This document shows, in pieces, positions 44,355-56,174 of a stretch of DNA of 64,000 nucleotides. The notes beneath the pieces were generated by a model that had not been told where the DNA came from, did no database searches, and worked only from the letters and a program-made list of their open reading frames with translations. The position numbers were made by a program, and so were the translations under genes. Each line of letters begins with the position of its first letter. Positions within the stretch are counted from its first letter, which is position 1. This stretch comes from Thainema sp. (GTDB lineage Bacteria > Cyanobacteriota > Cyanobacteriia > Phormidesmidales > Phormidesmidaceae): positions 160,001 through 224,000 of the forward strand of contig JBQLZK010000002.1 in assembly GCA_052168235.1 (NCBI GenBank). Reading direction: 5' to 3'.

Positions 44355-45551
44355 ATGACAGCCCTCTATAAATTCCAAGCCGATTTTGAAACGAGTTTAG
44401 CTGAACTCGATTCTGAAACTGATCACCAAAATGAATTAGAAGAGAATGGGTTGGAAGATACGACAGATACGACTCCAACCGATACTCTAAATGGCTCTTT
44501 AGATAACGAAAAAGAAGATACAAACTGGTCAGAAGATGACAGCATCTTGGTTGAATTTTCCGAAGATGGCAATGTTAGTACTTCTGGATATAGCAAAACC
44601 ATTTCCGATGATGCTGTTGGAGCATTTTTTAAGGAAATGGCCCGCTATCCGTTGCTAAAAGCTGGAGAAGAAATTGAGCTTGCTCGTCAAGTGAAATTTC
44701 TGGTTCAGGTGGAAGAAATTCGAGAGGCTTTCAAAGAGAAGTATGAGCGTTTTCCCACGAAGTCGGAAATTGCGGCTCAGCTTGAGTTGACGGAGCGCCA
44801 GCTTGATCGCCACCTGCATCAAAGCCGGGGCGCAAAGCGGAAAATGATTCGCTCCAATTTACGCCTCGTCGTGTCAATCGCTAAACGCTATCTTAATCGT
44901 GGTGTGCCGTTCCTGGATTTGATTCAAGAGGGTGCTCTAGGTTTAAATCGAGCCACCGAAAAGTTTGATCCAGACAAGGGCTATAAGTTTTCCACCTATG
45001 CCTATTGGTGGATTCGCCAGGGCATTACCCGCACGATTGCTAACGATGCTCGTACCATTCGACTGCCGATTCATATTGTTGAGAAGCTGAATAAGCTGAA
45101 GAAGGCACAGCGCGATCTGCGGCGTGAACTGAACCGCAATCCTAATGAAGACGAGCTAGCGGAAGCGCTGGATATCACGACCGATCAACTGCGCAACTTA
45201 CAGCAGGTGCGGCGGCGTTCCCTGTCGCTCAACCATCGTGTGGGTAAAGGTGAAGACACAGAGCTAATGGAGTTACTGGAAGACGGCACGTCTCGCTCGC
45301 CAGAAACCCAGATGAGTGAAGCGATGATGCGCCAGGAAATCTGTGATGTGCTGGCTGAGGTGCTGACCCAGCGGGAGAAAGACATTATCTCTCTGCGCTA
45401 TGGTCTAACTACGGGTGAACCCCATACGCTTGAGGAAGTTGGTGGTTTATTTAACTTATCCCGTGAACGAGTTCGGCAGATCCAAACCAAGGCTATGCGT
45501 AAACTCCGTCGGCCCCAAGTGGCGTCTCGTCTAAAGGGCTGGCTGCGGTAA
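44355..45551 (+). CDS. sigE: Group 2 sigma-70 factor, SigE-like
   Basis: DDAVGAFFKEMARYPLL region 1.2 (SigE-type), NLRLVVSIAK, FSTYAYWWIRQ, SRERVRQI. Confidence 0.8.
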   Translation: MTALYKFQADFETSLAELDSETDHQNELEENGLEDTTDTTPTDTLNGSLDNEKEDTNWSEDDSILVEFSEDGNVSTSGYSKTISDDAVGAFFKEMARYPLLKAGEEIELARQVKFLVQVEEIREAFKEKYERFPTKSEIAAQLELTERQLDRHLHQSRGAKRKMIRSNLRLVVSIAKRYLNRGVPFLDLIQEGALGLNRATEKFDPDKGYKFSTYAYWWIRQGITRTIANDARTIRLPIHIVEKLNKLKKAQRDLRRELNRNPNEDELAEALDITTDQLRNLQQVRRRSLSLNHRVGKGEDTELMELLEDGTSRSPETQMSEAMMRQEICDVLAEVLTQREKDIISLRYGLTTGEPHTLEEVGGLFNLSRERVRQIQTKAMRKLRRPQVASRLKGWLR

Positions 45552-45621
45552 GTCCATAAAGAGAATCTGTCTGTCATTTGTCTGCTAGAAGTATCTATCT
45601 GCGTATCAGCAAACGAAAAAG

Positions 45622-45663
45622 AACCCCGTAGAGGAACTGCGATCGCAGTTCCTCTACGGGGTT
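45622..45663. repeat. Perfect 42-bp palindrome centred on HIP1 (possible terminator)
   Basis: aaccccgtagaggaactgcga|tcgcagttcctctacggggtt. Confidence 0.9.
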
Positions 45664-45742
45664 TCAGTATTTTTGGCTAAACTGCTATCATTTGCTGTCC
45701 AACGTTAGTCATCTTCTAGTTTTCTCTGTCGTACCTAGACCT

Positions 45743-46231
45743 ATGTCATCCACCGAAATCACCATTCGCGCTGTCACTCCTACGGATGTAGCCACTGTTT
45801 TCCAACTGATTATGGCGCTGGCCGAGTATGAAAAACTGGCCCATGAGGTCACGGGTAGCTCGAAAGAACTGGAGCAAGCGCTATTTGGCGATCGCACCTA
45901 TGCCGAAGCGATTTTGGCGGAATATGAAGGACAAGCCGTCGGATTTGCCTTATTTTTCTATAACTTCTCGACGTTTCTCACCAAGCCGGGACTGTATCTC
46001 GAAGATCTATTCGTTTTGCCGGAGTTTCGGCGGCGCGGCATTGGGCAAGCACTGCTTCGCTACCTGGCACAGCTAGCCCTCGACAATGGTTGTGGGCGCT
46101 TTGAATGGTCAGTGCTCGACTGGAATGAACCTGCGATCGCGTTTTATCAACGGATGGGAGCGGATGTTCTGCCAGATTGGCGTACTTGCCGGGTTACGGG
46201 GCATTCTCTGATCAAGCTGGCGCAGGTGTAG
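45743..46231 (+). CDS. GNAT acetyltransferase (SSAT-like)
   Basis: ALAEYEKL, GLYLEDLFV, RRRGIG, WSVLDWNEPAIAFY. Confidence 0.92.
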   Translation: MSSTEITIRAVTPTDVATVFQLIMALAEYEKLAHEVTGSSKELEQALFGDRTYAEAILAEYEGQAVGFALFFYNFSTFLTKPGLYLEDLFVLPEFRRRGIGQALLRYLAQLALDNGCGRFEWSVLDWNEPAIAFYQRMGADVLPDWRTCRVTGHSLIKLAQV

Positions 46232-46236
46232 ACGCA

Positions 46237-46773
46237 TTAGAACCGCAGGTAGTGCATCAAATCTGCAGTTAGGGATGGCGGCAACGACAACTGCTGTTGC
46301 AGGTCAGCAATATTCTGGAAGCGGCCCTGCCGCTGGCGGCGCTGCACAATCAGACGCGCCAGGTAGAGATCAATGGCAGGAACTTGAGTAAGCTGCTCGA
46401 CAGATGCCTGATTGACGTTGAGCAAGCAGGGAGACATGACGCTGGCGGTATCGTAGTAACAGAAGCGCAGCAGCGGCTGCAGCGGCTGCAGTTGCTGCAG
46501 AGAAACGCCCAGGGCCGCTGCTAGATCCTCTAAACAGTGGAACTGTACGCCGCTTTGACTAAGCTGTACCAGCGATCTCGCTTGCCGGATGGAAATTCCC
46601 GGTAGCCGCAGCCAGTCGTCTACGCTGGCCTGATTCACATCAATGCAAACGCCCATCTGCACCGCCTGCTGAATATCAGCCACGGTCTGTAGCCGATGGT
46701 AGGGATTCTGCTGGAGGGGATGGGGCTGCGATCGCAACTGCTGGCGCAATCGATTTTTCCAAGCGGCAAACAT
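46237..46773 (-). CDS. ComEA-family helix-hairpin-helix DNA-binding protein
   Basis: Two HhH units: DVNQASVDDWLRLPGI and NVNQASVEQLTQVPAI. Confidence 0.85.
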   Translation of the reverse strand: MFAAWKNRLRQQLRSQPHPLQQNPYHRLQTVADIQQAVQMGVCIDVNQASVDDWLRLPGISIRQARSLVQLSQSGVQFHCLEDLAAALGVSLQQLQPLQPLLRFCYYDTASVMSPCLLNVNQASVEQLTQVPAIDLYLARLIVQRRQRQGRFQNIADLQQQLSLPPSLTADLMHYLRF

Positions 46774-46851
46774 AGGATCAAGTGGAATACTCTGTAGTGA
46801 TCTGGCAATGGCTGACGCGATCAGTGATTGCCTAACCAGCTACGGTGGCTA

Positions 46852-47259
46852 CTACTCAATTTTATCCAGCAGACAGCGCCGCTTTTGTTCAAATTCGTAC
46901 TCTGAGATCAAACCGTCCTGCCGCAGTTGATCAAGCTGACGCAGCGCATCTGCGATCGCGCTAATTTGTTCAGGATTGACCGTTGGCTGCGACACAGTTT
47001 GAGATTGGTTTGAACCCGCAAAGTTGAATTTGTTAGAAAACGTTTGGCTATCTTGTGTGAGATACCATACTCCTTCTACAGCACTTGCAAAGCGAGGAAT
47101 TGGCATGAGTGGAGTAAACCCAAGCAGCAGGTAGACAATTCCCCATCCCGGTTGACCAAGATAAAATTTATGTAAGCCTGGAAAAAAAACTCCAGCCAGC
47201 GCCAGCGCTACGGCTACCGAGCGATTTTTAGGCTTGCTTAGGGTGTGACTACTATTCAC
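46852..47259 (-). CDS. TM2/NINE-domain protein with C-terminal SHOCT
   Basis: KNRSVAVALA...GLHKFYLG; LDQLRQDGLISEYEFEQKR. Confidence 0.88.
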   Translation of the reverse strand: MNSSHTLSKPKNRSVAVALALAGVFFPGLHKFYLGQPGWGIVYLLLGFTPLMPIPRFASAVEGVWYLTQDSQTFSNKFNFAGSNQSQTVSQPTVNPEQISAIADALRQLDQLRQDGLISEYEFEQKRRCLLDKIE

Positions 47260-47974
47260 GACAGCGTTACTCGTTTTGACTGACTTACTTATGGTTGTAG
47301 CTCATATTTGCATAAGTCAGCTAAACCATTAATTTGATAAACCGCTAGAATTGGCAAAATTTCCTTAAAGGAAAAACCAGATCGCGCCCTAGCGCTCAAC
47401 CTGTTAAGTAATGTAAATATTGGTGGAGCCTACCAGACTGTGTTTGAACGATGCGAACGGTTCCTGAATCCGTTGCAAACAACCGAGTGGTTGAGGTGAT
47501 AGCAGTGACCGCAATACCGCTCACATCTTGCCAAAATCTCAAAAGATTAGTTTACTGTCGGATTTAGCGGCGAAATGACCCTTTCGAGGTCTTGATTTGC
47601 GAGATGCAAAATGTGATGTTACAAGGGATTCTCTAAATCTTTTGATAGAGATTTTTGAATTTGAACCCAAGTCATCCGGGTAACGGTCAATGGTGAGTGA
47701 AATTTTTAACGGATAGCTCTGTGCCCGTATTTCCACATATGACTGGAACATCCTTGATACAGAGTTACAGACCCCACAAGCCAACAGCCTTTACTCAATC
47801 CCAGACCTAAAAGAACCTTTTGCCGAAGTTCTTACAAAAAACGCTCGAATTGGAAGAAGTAGACTGGAGTTAACCATTCCGTCAGTTACACATCAGTGAA
47901 AACTGGATACAACTTCTTCATCCCTATTGGTTTAAGTTTAGTAGCTAAATTGGGTAGCAATATTGCGTTCTCTT

Positions 47975-48958
47975 ATGAAACAGGTGTCCTTCTCAACAGA
48001 TTGGCTGAGCAAGTTTTCAGACCCTTATGCCGTATTGGGTGTCTCAGTGTCTGCTGATGAAAGACGAATTGCGAAACGCTATCGGGCCGTTGCTAAACAG
48101 CTCCATCCTGACCGCTATCTCAATCAAGATCCAGACATTCGCGAGTTTGCGATTCAGCTATTAACGAAACTGATCAATCCGACCTACCAAAAGGTCAAGC
48201 AGGACAAAGGGCGGGCAGAGCACTTGGCCATGCTGCGATTTCAGGTGCGACGGTCGGTGCGTCAACAGTCACTTCAGCCTAAGACCAAGCTCGCAATCAA
48301 CCTGCTTAACGTACCGCAAACGGAAGCGGATGTGTTCTATGAGCAGGCCGTCACTCAGCTCGCTAGTCAGCAATATGAGGACTTCGACCAGTTTGAAGTC
48401 GTTACTCACGCTTTGGCCGAACTGAATCTGGTCTATCTCAAGGTCAAAATGGGCGATCCGATTATTCGCCCCAAGCGCTCTGGCCTGATAGCGAGTCCAC
48501 AAACTACCCTGTCAGGTATTCAAGCTGAGGATAAGCCCACTGACGAAAAGCCGCTTGAAGATTACGCTAAACGCCACTATGAACGCGCTGTTGTCTATGC
48601 TAAAGGCCAAAACTGGTCAATGGTGGTGCAAGAGTTACGAGATGCGATTCGACTTGAACCGAAGCGCAGTTCCTATCACGCGCTGCTAGGAGTCGCTTAT
48701 CTTAAACAGCGGTTAGATGGTATGGCCAAGGTTCATCTGCGGCAAGCCCTCAAGCTCGATCCATCGGATCGGCTGGCCCGTAAATATGCACCGATGGTGG
48801 ATTTAAAGCCGGAGGCAATCGTAAACAATCAAACTAATCCAGCCTCAAATGGTTCAGCCAAGTCATCATCCACAACGCAATCTGGCCAGGCCCAGCCTCA
48901 GGAGAAGAAGTCTAAAGGTGGATTTTTCAGCAATCTGTTTGCCCGATTATCGAAGTAG
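47975..48958 (+). CDS. J-domain (DnaJ type III) protein with TPR repeats
   Basis: DPYAVLGV...LHPD; TPR ELRDAIRLEP...YHALLGVAY. Confidence 0.9.
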   Translation: MKQVSFSTDWLSKFSDPYAVLGVSVSADERRIAKRYRAVAKQLHPDRYLNQDPDIREFAIQLLTKLINPTYQKVKQDKGRAEHLAMLRFQVRRSVRQQSLQPKTKLAINLLNVPQTEADVFYEQAVTQLASQQYEDFDQFEVVTHALAELNLVYLKVKMGDPIIRPKRSGLIASPQTTLSGIQAEDKPTDEKPLEDYAKRHYERAVVYAKGQNWSMVVQELRDAIRLEPKRSSYHALLGVAYLKQRLDGMAKVHLRQALKLDPSDRLARKYAPMVDLKPEAIVNNQTNPASNGSAKSSSTTQSGQAQPQEKKSKGGFFSNLFARLSK

Positions 48959-49091
48959 GTTTCCCCTTGTTTCCTTACCCTTACCCGATTAGGTAGGGAT
49001 ATCTCGCCTTGGTGAATGGGCCGGAAATTCGTACATTATTAGAAAGACAGAAGCTGCGATCGCACTATTTTAAGAAACACACGAGATAGCA

Positions 49092-49406
49092 ATGGGATTC
49101 TTCGACTCTGAAATTGTCCAACAGGAAGCCAAACAGCTTTTTGAAGATTATCAATCCCTTGTGACCCTAGGGGAAGACTACGGTAAGTTTGACCGCGAGG
49201 GCAAAATACTCTTCATCGAGCGCATGGAAGACGTGATGGAACGCTATCGCGTTTTTATGAAGCGGTTTGAACTGTCAGAAGACTTTACGGCAAAGATGAC
49301 CGTGGAGCAGCTCAAAACTCAGCTCGGACAGTTTGGCATGACACCACAGCAAATGTTTGACCAAATGAACCTCACGCTTGAACGCATGAAAGCTGAAATT
49401 GAGTAG
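49092..49406 (+). CDS. DUF1825 family protein
   Basis: MGFFDSEIVQQEAKQLFEDYQ...FDREGK. Confidence 0.9.
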   Translation: MGFFDSEIVQQEAKQLFEDYQSLVTLGEDYGKFDREGKILFIERMEDVMERYRVFMKRFELSEDFTAKMTVEQLKTQLGQFGMTPQQMFDQMNLTLERMKAEIE

Positions 49407-49455
49407 TAATCTGTCAAATTTGTGTATAACGCCTAGGAAAAGCGCTTTTTTCCTG

Positions 49456-49492
49456 ATAAACGACCCCGTCTGCTTGCAGCGGGGTCGTTTAT
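49456..49492. terminator. Hairpin between convergent genes
   Basis: ataaacgaccccg...cggggtcgtttat. Confidence 0.6.
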
Positions 49493-50121
49493 TGAAAGAG
49501 CACCGCATCGGATGTTCTTTGGGGTGGTTCTGTTGGTGATTCGAGTGGCGTAGATGGATGAGAAACTGCGGATTGAGAGGATTCCACGGTTGAGACAGTT
49601 CGATCCGAAGTTGAAGCGGTAGGAACTTTAAGACCCAGCAGCACTAGGTCTCGCTGCACCCCATCCAGTTCGGCCACTTGCGGTAGATTGCCCCACTGTT
49701 CAAAACCAAGCCGCTGGAATAGCTTGAGGCTGGGCTGATTATGACCAAAGATAAAGCTGAGCAGCGTCGTAATCCCCAGCTTGGGACACTGTGCGATCGC
49801 ATATTCAGCTAGTTTGCGACCGATTCCCTGGCCCTGATGATCCGGTGAGACATATAGGCTAATTTCCGTTGTCGCTCGATACGCGGGGCGACCGTAGAAC
49901 ATCTGCAAGCTTAACCAGCCGACTACCTGATCCTGATATTCCATCACCCAAATCGGGTACTCATGAGGCTGATGAGCGTGAAACCACTGCTGGCGGCTGG
50001 CGACTGAAATTGGCTCCAAGTCTGCGGTGGCTAGGCGGCTGGGAATGGCGGCATTGTAAATTGCGACAATCTGGGGCAGATCGGCTTCAACTGCATAGCG
50101 GATCTTCATAGGCGGCCACAC
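49489..50121 (-). CDS. GNAT, phosphinothricin/methionine-sulfoximine acetyltransferase-like
   Basis: IVAIYN, ATADLEP, RPAY, EISLYV, QGQGIG, HNQPSLKLF. Confidence 0.9.
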   Translation of the reverse strand: MWPPMKIRYAVEADLPQIVAIYNAAIPSRLATADLEPISVASRQQWFHAHQPHEYPIWVMEYQDQVVGWLSLQMFYGRPAYRATTEISLYVSPDHQGQGIGRKLAEYAIAQCPKLGITTLLSFIFGHNQPSLKLFQRLGFEQWGNLPQVAELDGVQRDLVLLGLKVPTASTSDRTVSTVESSQSAVSHPSTPLESPTEPPQRTSDAVLFQ

Positions 50122-50234
50122 TGGTTTTAGTTTGACGTTTCTACTCTAGTGTTACGAGTTTGGGATCAGTTTGATGTTGCCAATGTTGCCAATCGATCGG
50201 CTGTACATCAAATCTATCGACCAGCATTGAGAAC

Positions 50235-50317
50235 ACTAGCGTGAAAGGCTTGCGCTGCAAGCCTTTCACGCTAGTAAACCATTCCATACGTAGGAACACG
50301 GCAATGCCGTGTCCTAC
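50235..50317. repeat. Two adjacent palindromes (19-bp-arm hairpin; GTAG/CTAC REP-like unit)
   Basis: actagcgtgaaaggcttgc-gct-gcaagcctttcacgctagt; gtaggaacacggc-aat-gccgtgtcctac. Confidence 0.85.
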
Positions 50318-50360
50318 CGCAAAGATTTCACCTGATTAGATCCGCGTCCCTTAGCCAAGA

Positions 50361-50714
50361 TTAACCAAAGGTTGAGCCATTCCAGCCCCACATGGCACCG
50401 TCGGCATCAGCAAATTCGATGTAAATGCGATTAGTTGGAACGCCCAATTTCTGGCCAATGCGATCGCAAAAATCTTGGCTCATCGCCTTCGTTTTGGCCG
50501 AACCCATCGTGCCAACGCTTTTAATTTCCACGTAGCAAACGGGATCGGTTGTGCCTGCAAACGTCATGGTAACATCGGGTTCAAACGCCGTCATAACATA
50601 AGATTCTGGTTTTCCTAAGTGCTTTGACAAACTAGCTGACAAATCTTTCAGCATGGCTTCAACGTCTGCTTTGGCTGGCGAAGAAGCTGAAGTTTGAACT
50701 TTAATCAGTGGCAT
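50361..50714 (-). CDS. MIF-like / phenylpyruvate tautomerase family protein
   Basis: N-terminal Pro (MPLIK), GKPESYVM, RIYIEF, WGWNGSTF. Confidence 0.93.
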   Translation of the reverse strand: MPLIKVQTSASSPAKADVEAMLKDLSASLSKHLGKPESYVMTAFEPDVTMTFAGTTDPVCYVEIKSVGTMGSAKTKAMSQDFCDRIGQKLGVPTNRIYIEFADADGAMWGWNGSTFG

Positions 50715-50733
50715 AGTCCTGCAATCCTATTAA

Positions 50734-50835
50734 TATCAAGTCTGCGGATAAGACCTCAGTTTACTTTTTGGAGAAACGCTTGCGTAGCAAGCGTTTCTCC
50801 AAAAAGTAATCATGGGTTTTCAGCCGGACTTCATA
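50734..50835. mobile_element. 102-bp miniature element family B (best-preserved copy)
   Basis: tatcaagtctg...cggacttcata ends; 23-bp perfect internal stem with GTA loop. Confidence 0.75.
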
Positions 50836-50839
50836 TAGC

Positions 50840-51319
50840 CTACCCACCATATTGCCAGCCCGTGCTTTCTAAGAGAAGGGGATCGCCCTCACGATGCACG
50901 CCTGCTGCAATTACTTCACCGATAAAGACGGTGTGATCGCCGTGTTCAACCGAACCGACAACGCGGCATTCCACATAGCCGAGCGAGTCTTTAATGATGG
51001 GGCACCCTGTCTCGTTGGTATAAAACTCGATGTCCTCAAACTTGTTGCCCACGCGGCGTAATGGCTTGAAGAAGTTCTGTGCGACTTCTTTTTGCCCTTC
51101 TTCCAAAACACTGAGCGCAAATACACCACTGGCCTTGACCATCTCGTGCGATCGCGAATCGTTCTTGATGCAGTTCACAACCAGCGGCGGCTGAAAGGAT
51201 GCCTGCATCACCCAACTAGCGGTAAACCCGTTTACCTCATCGCCATCTTTCACGCCGCAGATATAAAGGCCGTGGGGAATTTTGCGTAATATTGTTTTCT
51301 TTGCCTGTTCGTCTAGCAC
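50840..51319 (-). CDS. Flavin reductase-like protein
   Basis: GFTASWVMQASFQPPLV, GDHTVFIGEV. Confidence 0.92.
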   Translation of the reverse strand: MLDEQAKKTILRKIPHGLYICGVKDGDEVNGFTASWVMQASFQPPLVVNCIKNDSRSHEMVKASGVFALSVLEEGQKEVAQNFFKPLRRVGNKFEDIEFYTNETGCPIIKDSLGYVECRVVGSVEHGDHTVFIGEVIAAGVHREGDPLLLESTGWQYGG

Positions 51320-51418
51320 GGTTTTCTCTCGTTATTGTCTCTACAGGGATAGTTTATTACAGCTTTTAAGTTCGATTTATCTGTCCTAAAGCGGGGAAGC
51401 TCGGAAATCCCGTATTTA

Positions 51419-51455
51419 AACCGAAAAGCCGCACGTTTACGCGCGGCTTTTGGTT
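51419..51455 (-). terminator. Hairpin downstream of glsF
   Basis: aaccgaaaagccgc...gcggcttttggtt. Confidence 0.55.
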
Positions 51456-51473
51456 CAGTGGTAAAACGCTACT

Positions 51474-54400
51474 CTATTGGACTGAACTAAGCACCTTTTC
51501 TTCAGAAGCCTCTGGATTAGTCAATGCCGAATCCGCTTCGGATGGTGGGACGACTTGCCAGAACTTGGTCTTGTAGTCTGACCAGTTGGCCAGAATCCGC
51601 TTCGCTTTTTCGCTGCCCGTGCGCTCGGCGTGAGCTTCAATCAGCGACTTGAGCTGCTGTTCACCTGCGTCAGTGATCACCCGCTGCACATTGACGATTT
51701 CGGGGTTGACGTGAGTGGGGAATGAGCCATCTTTGTCGAGGAAGTAGGCTAGTCCGCCCGTCATACCTGCGCCGACGTTGCGGCCTACTCGACCGAGCAC
51801 GACGACAACGCCGCCAGTCATATATTCACAACAGTGGTCGCCTGCACCTTCAATTACAGCCTGTGCCTTGGAGTTACGGACGGCAAAGCGTTCGCCAGCT
51901 TGTCCCAGGGCAAACAGCGTGCCGCCCGTCGCGCCATAGAGACAGGTATTGCCGATAATCACGTTTTGGGACGGATCAAAGGTGGCAGAAGCGAGGGATT
52001 TGACGATGATCTCGCCACCGTGCATACCCTTACCAACATAGTCATTGGCGTCGCCTTCCAGACGCAGAATCACATTGGGCAAGTTGAAGGCCCCAAAACT
52101 CTGACCAATACTGCCCGTGAAGTTGAGGTTGATTTGGCCCTCAAAGCCCGTGTTGCCATACTGCTTCGCAATGACGCCAGCTAGCCGTGCGCCAACCGTC
52201 CGATCGGTATTGACGACAGCATAGGATTTCGTCACCGTACCGTGATTCTGAATCGCGGTTTGAATATCGGCATCAGCCAAAATTTCGTCATCGAGAACGG
52301 GGCCGTTGCTGTGAACATCGCCGTGGTTCAACCAGTTGCGGTCTGTGCGAGTATCCGGTAGCTGGGTCAGGCAGTCGAGATTGAGACCAACAGTCTTAGT
52401 GAGCTGAGCGCCTGCCCGATGGGTCAGCAAATCAGCCCGACCGATTACCTCATTCAGCGACCGATAGCCCAGGTGAGCCAACAGCGATCGCACTTCTTCA
52501 GCAATAAAGAAGAAGAAGTTAACGACGTTATCTGGAATGCCGGAGAACCGCTTACGCAGCTCTTCTCGCTGGGTGGCAACGCCCACGGGACAGTTGTTGG
52601 TGTGGCAGATGCGAGCCATGATGCAGCCCTCGGCAATCATGGCGATGGAGCCAAAGCCAAATTCCTCAGCCCCCATCAGTGCCCCCATCAGCACATCCCA
52701 GCCAGACTTGAGGCCACCATCGACCCGTAAAATAACGCGATCGCGCAGTTCGTTTACCAGCAGCGCCCGATGAACTTCAGTTAGACCGAGTTCCCAAGGA
52801 CTGCCCGCGTGCTTGATCGAGCTGAGCGGCGATGCACCCGTACCGCCATCGTGACCGGAGATTTGGATGATATCGGCGTTGGCCTTGGCCACACCCGCCG
52901 CAATCGTGCCGATGCCAATTTCGGCAACCAGCTTGACGGAAACGGCGGCTTGAGGATTGATCTGGTGCAGGTCAAAAATCAGCTGTGACAGATCCTCAAT
53001 TGAGTAAATGTCGTGGTGCGGTGGTGGCGAAATCAGGGTTACACCGGGCTTCGAGCGCCGCAGCATGGCAATGTAAGGACTGACCTTCTTACCCGGAAGC
53101 TGACCGCCCTCACCGGGCTTTGCGCCTTGAGCCATCTTGATCTCAAGCTGTTTGCCACTCATCAGGTACTCAGGTGTGACGCCAAACCGCCCGGATGCGA
53201 CCTGCTTAATGGCTGAGTTGGCGGTGTCGCCGTTCTTCAAGCCGTGCAGGTGCGGCAGCGTAGGTGAATTGCCGTTTTCGTCAACGTCATTCAACACCTC
53301 AAAACGAACGGGATCTTCGCCGCCTTCACCGGAGTTGGACTTGCCGCCGATCCGATTCATTGCGATCGCAAGTGTCTCGTGCGCCTCACGGGACAGTGCG
53401 CCTAACGACATACCGCCCGTGCAGAACCGCTTCATGATCGACTCAACGGGTTCAACTTCGTCCAGAGAAATCGAGTTGCGATCGCTCTTGAAGTCGAGTA
53501 AATCCCGCAGTGCCGTAATTGGCCGTTCAGCCAAATGGCGCTTGTAGACCTCGTAGTGGTCATACTGGCGATTATCGACCGCTTTATGCAGCGCTTTCGC
53601 CATCTCAGGGCTGTTCATGTGGTACTCGCCACCGGGACGGTACTGCACGAAGCCCATGTTTTCCAGCTTTTTGCCCGACAGTTCGGGGAACGCTTTGCGA
53701 ATAAACGAGACGGTTTCCTGCGCCAAATCCGTCAGCGTCAGACCGCCTAAGCGAGACGTTGTGCCCCGGAAGCCTGTTTCCAGTAGATCGACACCAATGC
53801 CAATCGCTTCAAAAATCTGTGCGCCCTGATAGCTAGATAGGAGTGAAATGCCCATCTTGGACAGGATCTTTAGCAGACCCGCCTCAATCGCCTTTCGATA
53901 GTTTTCCTGCGCTCCATTCAGCGTAGACAGCGGAATGCGGCCCCGCTCCATCAGCTTCTGAGTCTTGGAATCGTTCCACCAGTGACGTACCGTTTCCAGC
54001 GTCAAATAGGGACAAACGGCACTGGCACCGTAGCCCAGTAGGCAGGCAAAGTGATGCGTACTCCAGCACTGAGCGGTGTCTACGACCAATGACGCCTTCA
54101 TGCGGATTTGCTCACGGATCAGGTGATGGTGAACCGCACCCACAGCTAGCATCGGCGGAATGTAGGTTTGTCCTGCTTTCAGCGTCATGGTGTTGCCGTT
54201 AGCATCGACGCGATCGCTCAGTACCAAAATCTTGGCACCAGACTTCACCGCAGCCGTGGCCTGTTCGCAGAGATGTGCGATCGCAGTCTTCAATCCTTCT
54301 GGGCCTGCTTCGAGGTCGAACAGCGTAGACAGCTTCGTTGCTTTGAGAGAAGACTGGCAGATCAGATCCAGTTCCGGCTCGTTCAGTACCGGGGACTTCA

Positions 54401-56174
54401 GCTTGATCAGATGCGCATACTCCGGATGCGCTTCGAGCAGGTTGCCCCGCTCGCCCAACTGCATACTGAGAGACATGACCAGCCGCTCCCGCAGCGGGTC
54501 GATGGGAGGGTTCGTGACTTGAGCAAACCGCTGCTTGAAGTAGTTGTAGAGTAGGTGCGATTTCTCAGACAAAACCGCCAGCGGAATGTCGTCACCCATG
54601 CAGAAGGTCGGCTCTTTCCCCTGCATCGCCATTTCCTGGATGATCATCTCCACGTCTTCGGCGGTATAGCCAAATGCCGTTTGATGCACCAGCAAATCCT
54701 GTGATTCTAAAACGGTAGCTTCACTGAAAAGCTGTGGTTCTAGATCCTGACGGTGCTCCTTCAGCCAATCACCATAGGGCTGAGCTTGAGCCACCTTTTG
54801 CTTGATGTCCCAGTTTTTCAGGACTTCTAGAGTTTCAAGATTGAAGGCAATGGTTTGACCGGGGCCAAGCCGACCTTTTTCGATAATCTCAGCTTCGGGC
54901 AAATCAACTACGCCTGCCTCAGAGGAGACAACGAAGTAACCGTCACGGGTAACGCTGTAGCGAGCCGGACGCAAGCCATTCCGATCCAGCGCGGCACCGA
55001 CGATCTTGCCGTCGCTGAAGGAGATCAGAGCGGGGCCATCCCAGGGTTCCTGAAGACCGCTGTAGTACTCGTAGAAGTCAACAATTTCAGGATGATCGGC
55101 CAAATCAGGCTGATTGCCGTAAGCTTCAGGCACCAGAATCATCAGCGCCGACAGCGGACTGCGGCCAGAGCGGGTCAGCAGCTCCATCACGTTGTCTAGG
55201 TTGGCCGAATCGCTGTTTTCTGGATTGACAACGGGTTTAATATCTTCCAGGCGGTCACCCCACAGCGGATGCGCCAAATCGGCTTCCCGCGCCACCATCC
55301 AGTTGATGTTGCCGAGCAGGGTATTGATTTCGCCATTGTGACCCAGTAGCCGCATCGGTTGAGCCAGCGGCCACTTGGGCATGGTGTTGGTGCTAAAGCG
55401 GCGGTGATAAATGGCAAAAACACTGGTGTAGTCAGAATTTTGGAAATCCAAGTAAAACGTGCCCAGAACCGCTGAGCGAACCATGCCTTTATAGATGATG
55501 GTGCGGCAAGAGAGGGAACAAATGTAGGTATCTTCCCGTAATCGACCTGAGCCATCCGCAGACTGCACAACTGCTTTCTCGATTTGCTTGCGGACGAGGA
55601 AAAGCTGCCGCTCCAGTTCATCTTTGTCAGTCGTTGTGCTGCGGACGAAAATTTGTTCAACTAGCGGCTGGTACTGCTTGGCCTGTACGCCCAATACATC
55701 CGGTGCAACGGGCACCGAGCGCCAGCCTAAAAAGTCCAAACCTGAATCGCTGATTTTTTGCTCAATGATGCTGCGAGCCTGCGCTGCGATCGCATCATCC
55801 ATCGGCAAAAACACCATGCCCACAGCCAGCGTTTGAGTCTCGTCAGTCAGACTCACATTGCGTTCAGCTAACCATGACTGAAACAGCGACCACGGAATTG
55901 CCGTCATTACGCCTGCGCCATCTCCAGAATCGCGATCGGCGCTACAGGCTCCACGATGCTCCAAACAGGTCAACGCTGACAGCGCCTTCTGCACCAAATC
56001 ATGACTGGCTCGGCCCTGCTGATCGGCAATAAACCCCACGCCACAGGCATCTCGCTCTTCCACCAACCATTTCTGGCCGGAGTAGCCTGCCTCCACCGAC
56101 TGGGATATTACTGAATTGTGGTTTACGCTCGTGTTGTTCATGGAGTAGCTCATTTTATTTATCACGCTCTGCAA
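51474..56174 (-). CDS. glsF: Ferredoxin-dependent glutamate synthase (true start probably a slightly downstream ATG)
   Basis: [10 protein letters not shown] amidotransferase start, [35 protein letters not shown]; no gltD adjacent. Confidence 0.95.
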   Translation of the reverse strand: MQSVINKMSYSMNNTSVNHNSVISQSVEAGYSGQKWLVEERDACGVGFIADQQGRASHDLVQKALSALTCLEHRGACSADRDSGDGAGVMTAIPWSLFQSWLAERNVSLTDETQTLAVGMVFLPMDDAIAAQARSIIEQKISDSGLDFLGWRSVPVAPDVLGVQAKQYQPLVEQIFVRSTTTDKDELERQLFLVRKQIEKAVVQSADGSGRLREDTYICSLSCRTIIYKGMVRSAVLGTFYLDFQNSDYTSVFAIYHRRFSTNTMPKWPLAQPMRLLGHNGEINTLLGNINWMVAREADLAHPLWGDRLEDIKPVVNPENSDSANLDNVMELLTRSGRSPLSALMILVPEAYGNQPDLADHPEIVDFYEYYSGLQEPWDGPALISFSDGKIVGAALDRNGLRPARYSVTRDGYFVVSSEAGVVDLPEAEIIEKGRLGPGQTIAFNLETLEVLKNWDIKQKVAQAQPYGDWLKEHRQDLEPQLFSEATVLESQDLLVHQTAFGYTAEDVEMIIQEMAMQGKEPTFCMGDDIPLAVLSEKSHLLYNYFKQRFAQVTNPPIDPLRERLVMSLSMQLGERGNLLEAHPEYAHLIKLKSPVLNEPELDLICQSSLKATKLSTLFDLEAGPEGLKTAIAHLCEQATAAVKSGAKILVLSDRVDANGNTMTLKAGQTYIPPMLAVGAVHHHLIREQIRMKASLVVDTAQCWSTHHFACLLGYGASAVCPYLTLETVRHWWNDSKTQKLMERGRIPLSTLNGAQENYRKAIEAGLLKILSKMGISLLSSYQGAQIFEAIGIGVDLLETGFRGTTSRLGGLTLTDLAQETVSFIRKAFPELSGKKLENMGFVQYRPGGEYHMNSPEMAKALHKAVDNRQYDHYEVYKRHLAERPITALRDLLDFKSDRNSISLDEVEPVESIMKRFCTGGMSLGALSREAHETLAIAMNRIGGKSNSGEGGEDPVRFEVLNDVDENGNSPTLPHLHGLKNGDTANSAIKQVASGRFGVTPEYLMSGKQLEIKMAQGAKPGEGGQLPGKKVSPYIAMLRRSKPGVTLISPPPHHDIYSIEDLSQLIFDLHQINPQAAVSVKLVAEIGIGTIAAGVAKANADIIQISGHDGGTGASPLSSIKHAGSPWELGLTEVHRALLVNELRDRVILRVDGGLKSGWDVLMGALMGAEEFGFGSIAMIAEGCIMARICHTNNCPVGVATQREELRKRFSGIPDNVVNFFFFIAEEVRSLLAHLGYRSLNEVIGRADLLTHRAGAQLTKTVGLNLDCLTQLPDTRTDRNWLNHGDVHSNGPVLDDEILADADIQTAIQNHGTVTKSYAVVNTDRTVGARLAGVIAKQYGNTGFEGQINLNFTGSIGQSFGAFNLPNVILRLEGDANDYVGKGMHGGEIIVKSLASATFDPSQNVIIGNTCLYGATGGTLFALGQAGERFAVRNSKAQAVIEGAGDHCCEYMTGGVVVVLGRVGRNVGAGMTGGLAYFLDKDGSFPTHVNPEIVNVQRVITDAGEQQLKSLIEAHAERTGSEKAKRILANWSDYKTKFWQVVPPSEADSALTNPEASEEKVLSSVQ

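Noticed and set aside
47260..47962. Riboswitch or ncRNA in the 700-bp divergent gap
   Set aside because: Only isolated short hairpins; no recognisable motif or terminator-bounded unit
51722..55836. Many antisense or alternate-frame ORFs inside glsF (likewise in ilvD, purH, urt and fusA)
   Set aside because: Shadow ORFs fully overlapping well-supported genes
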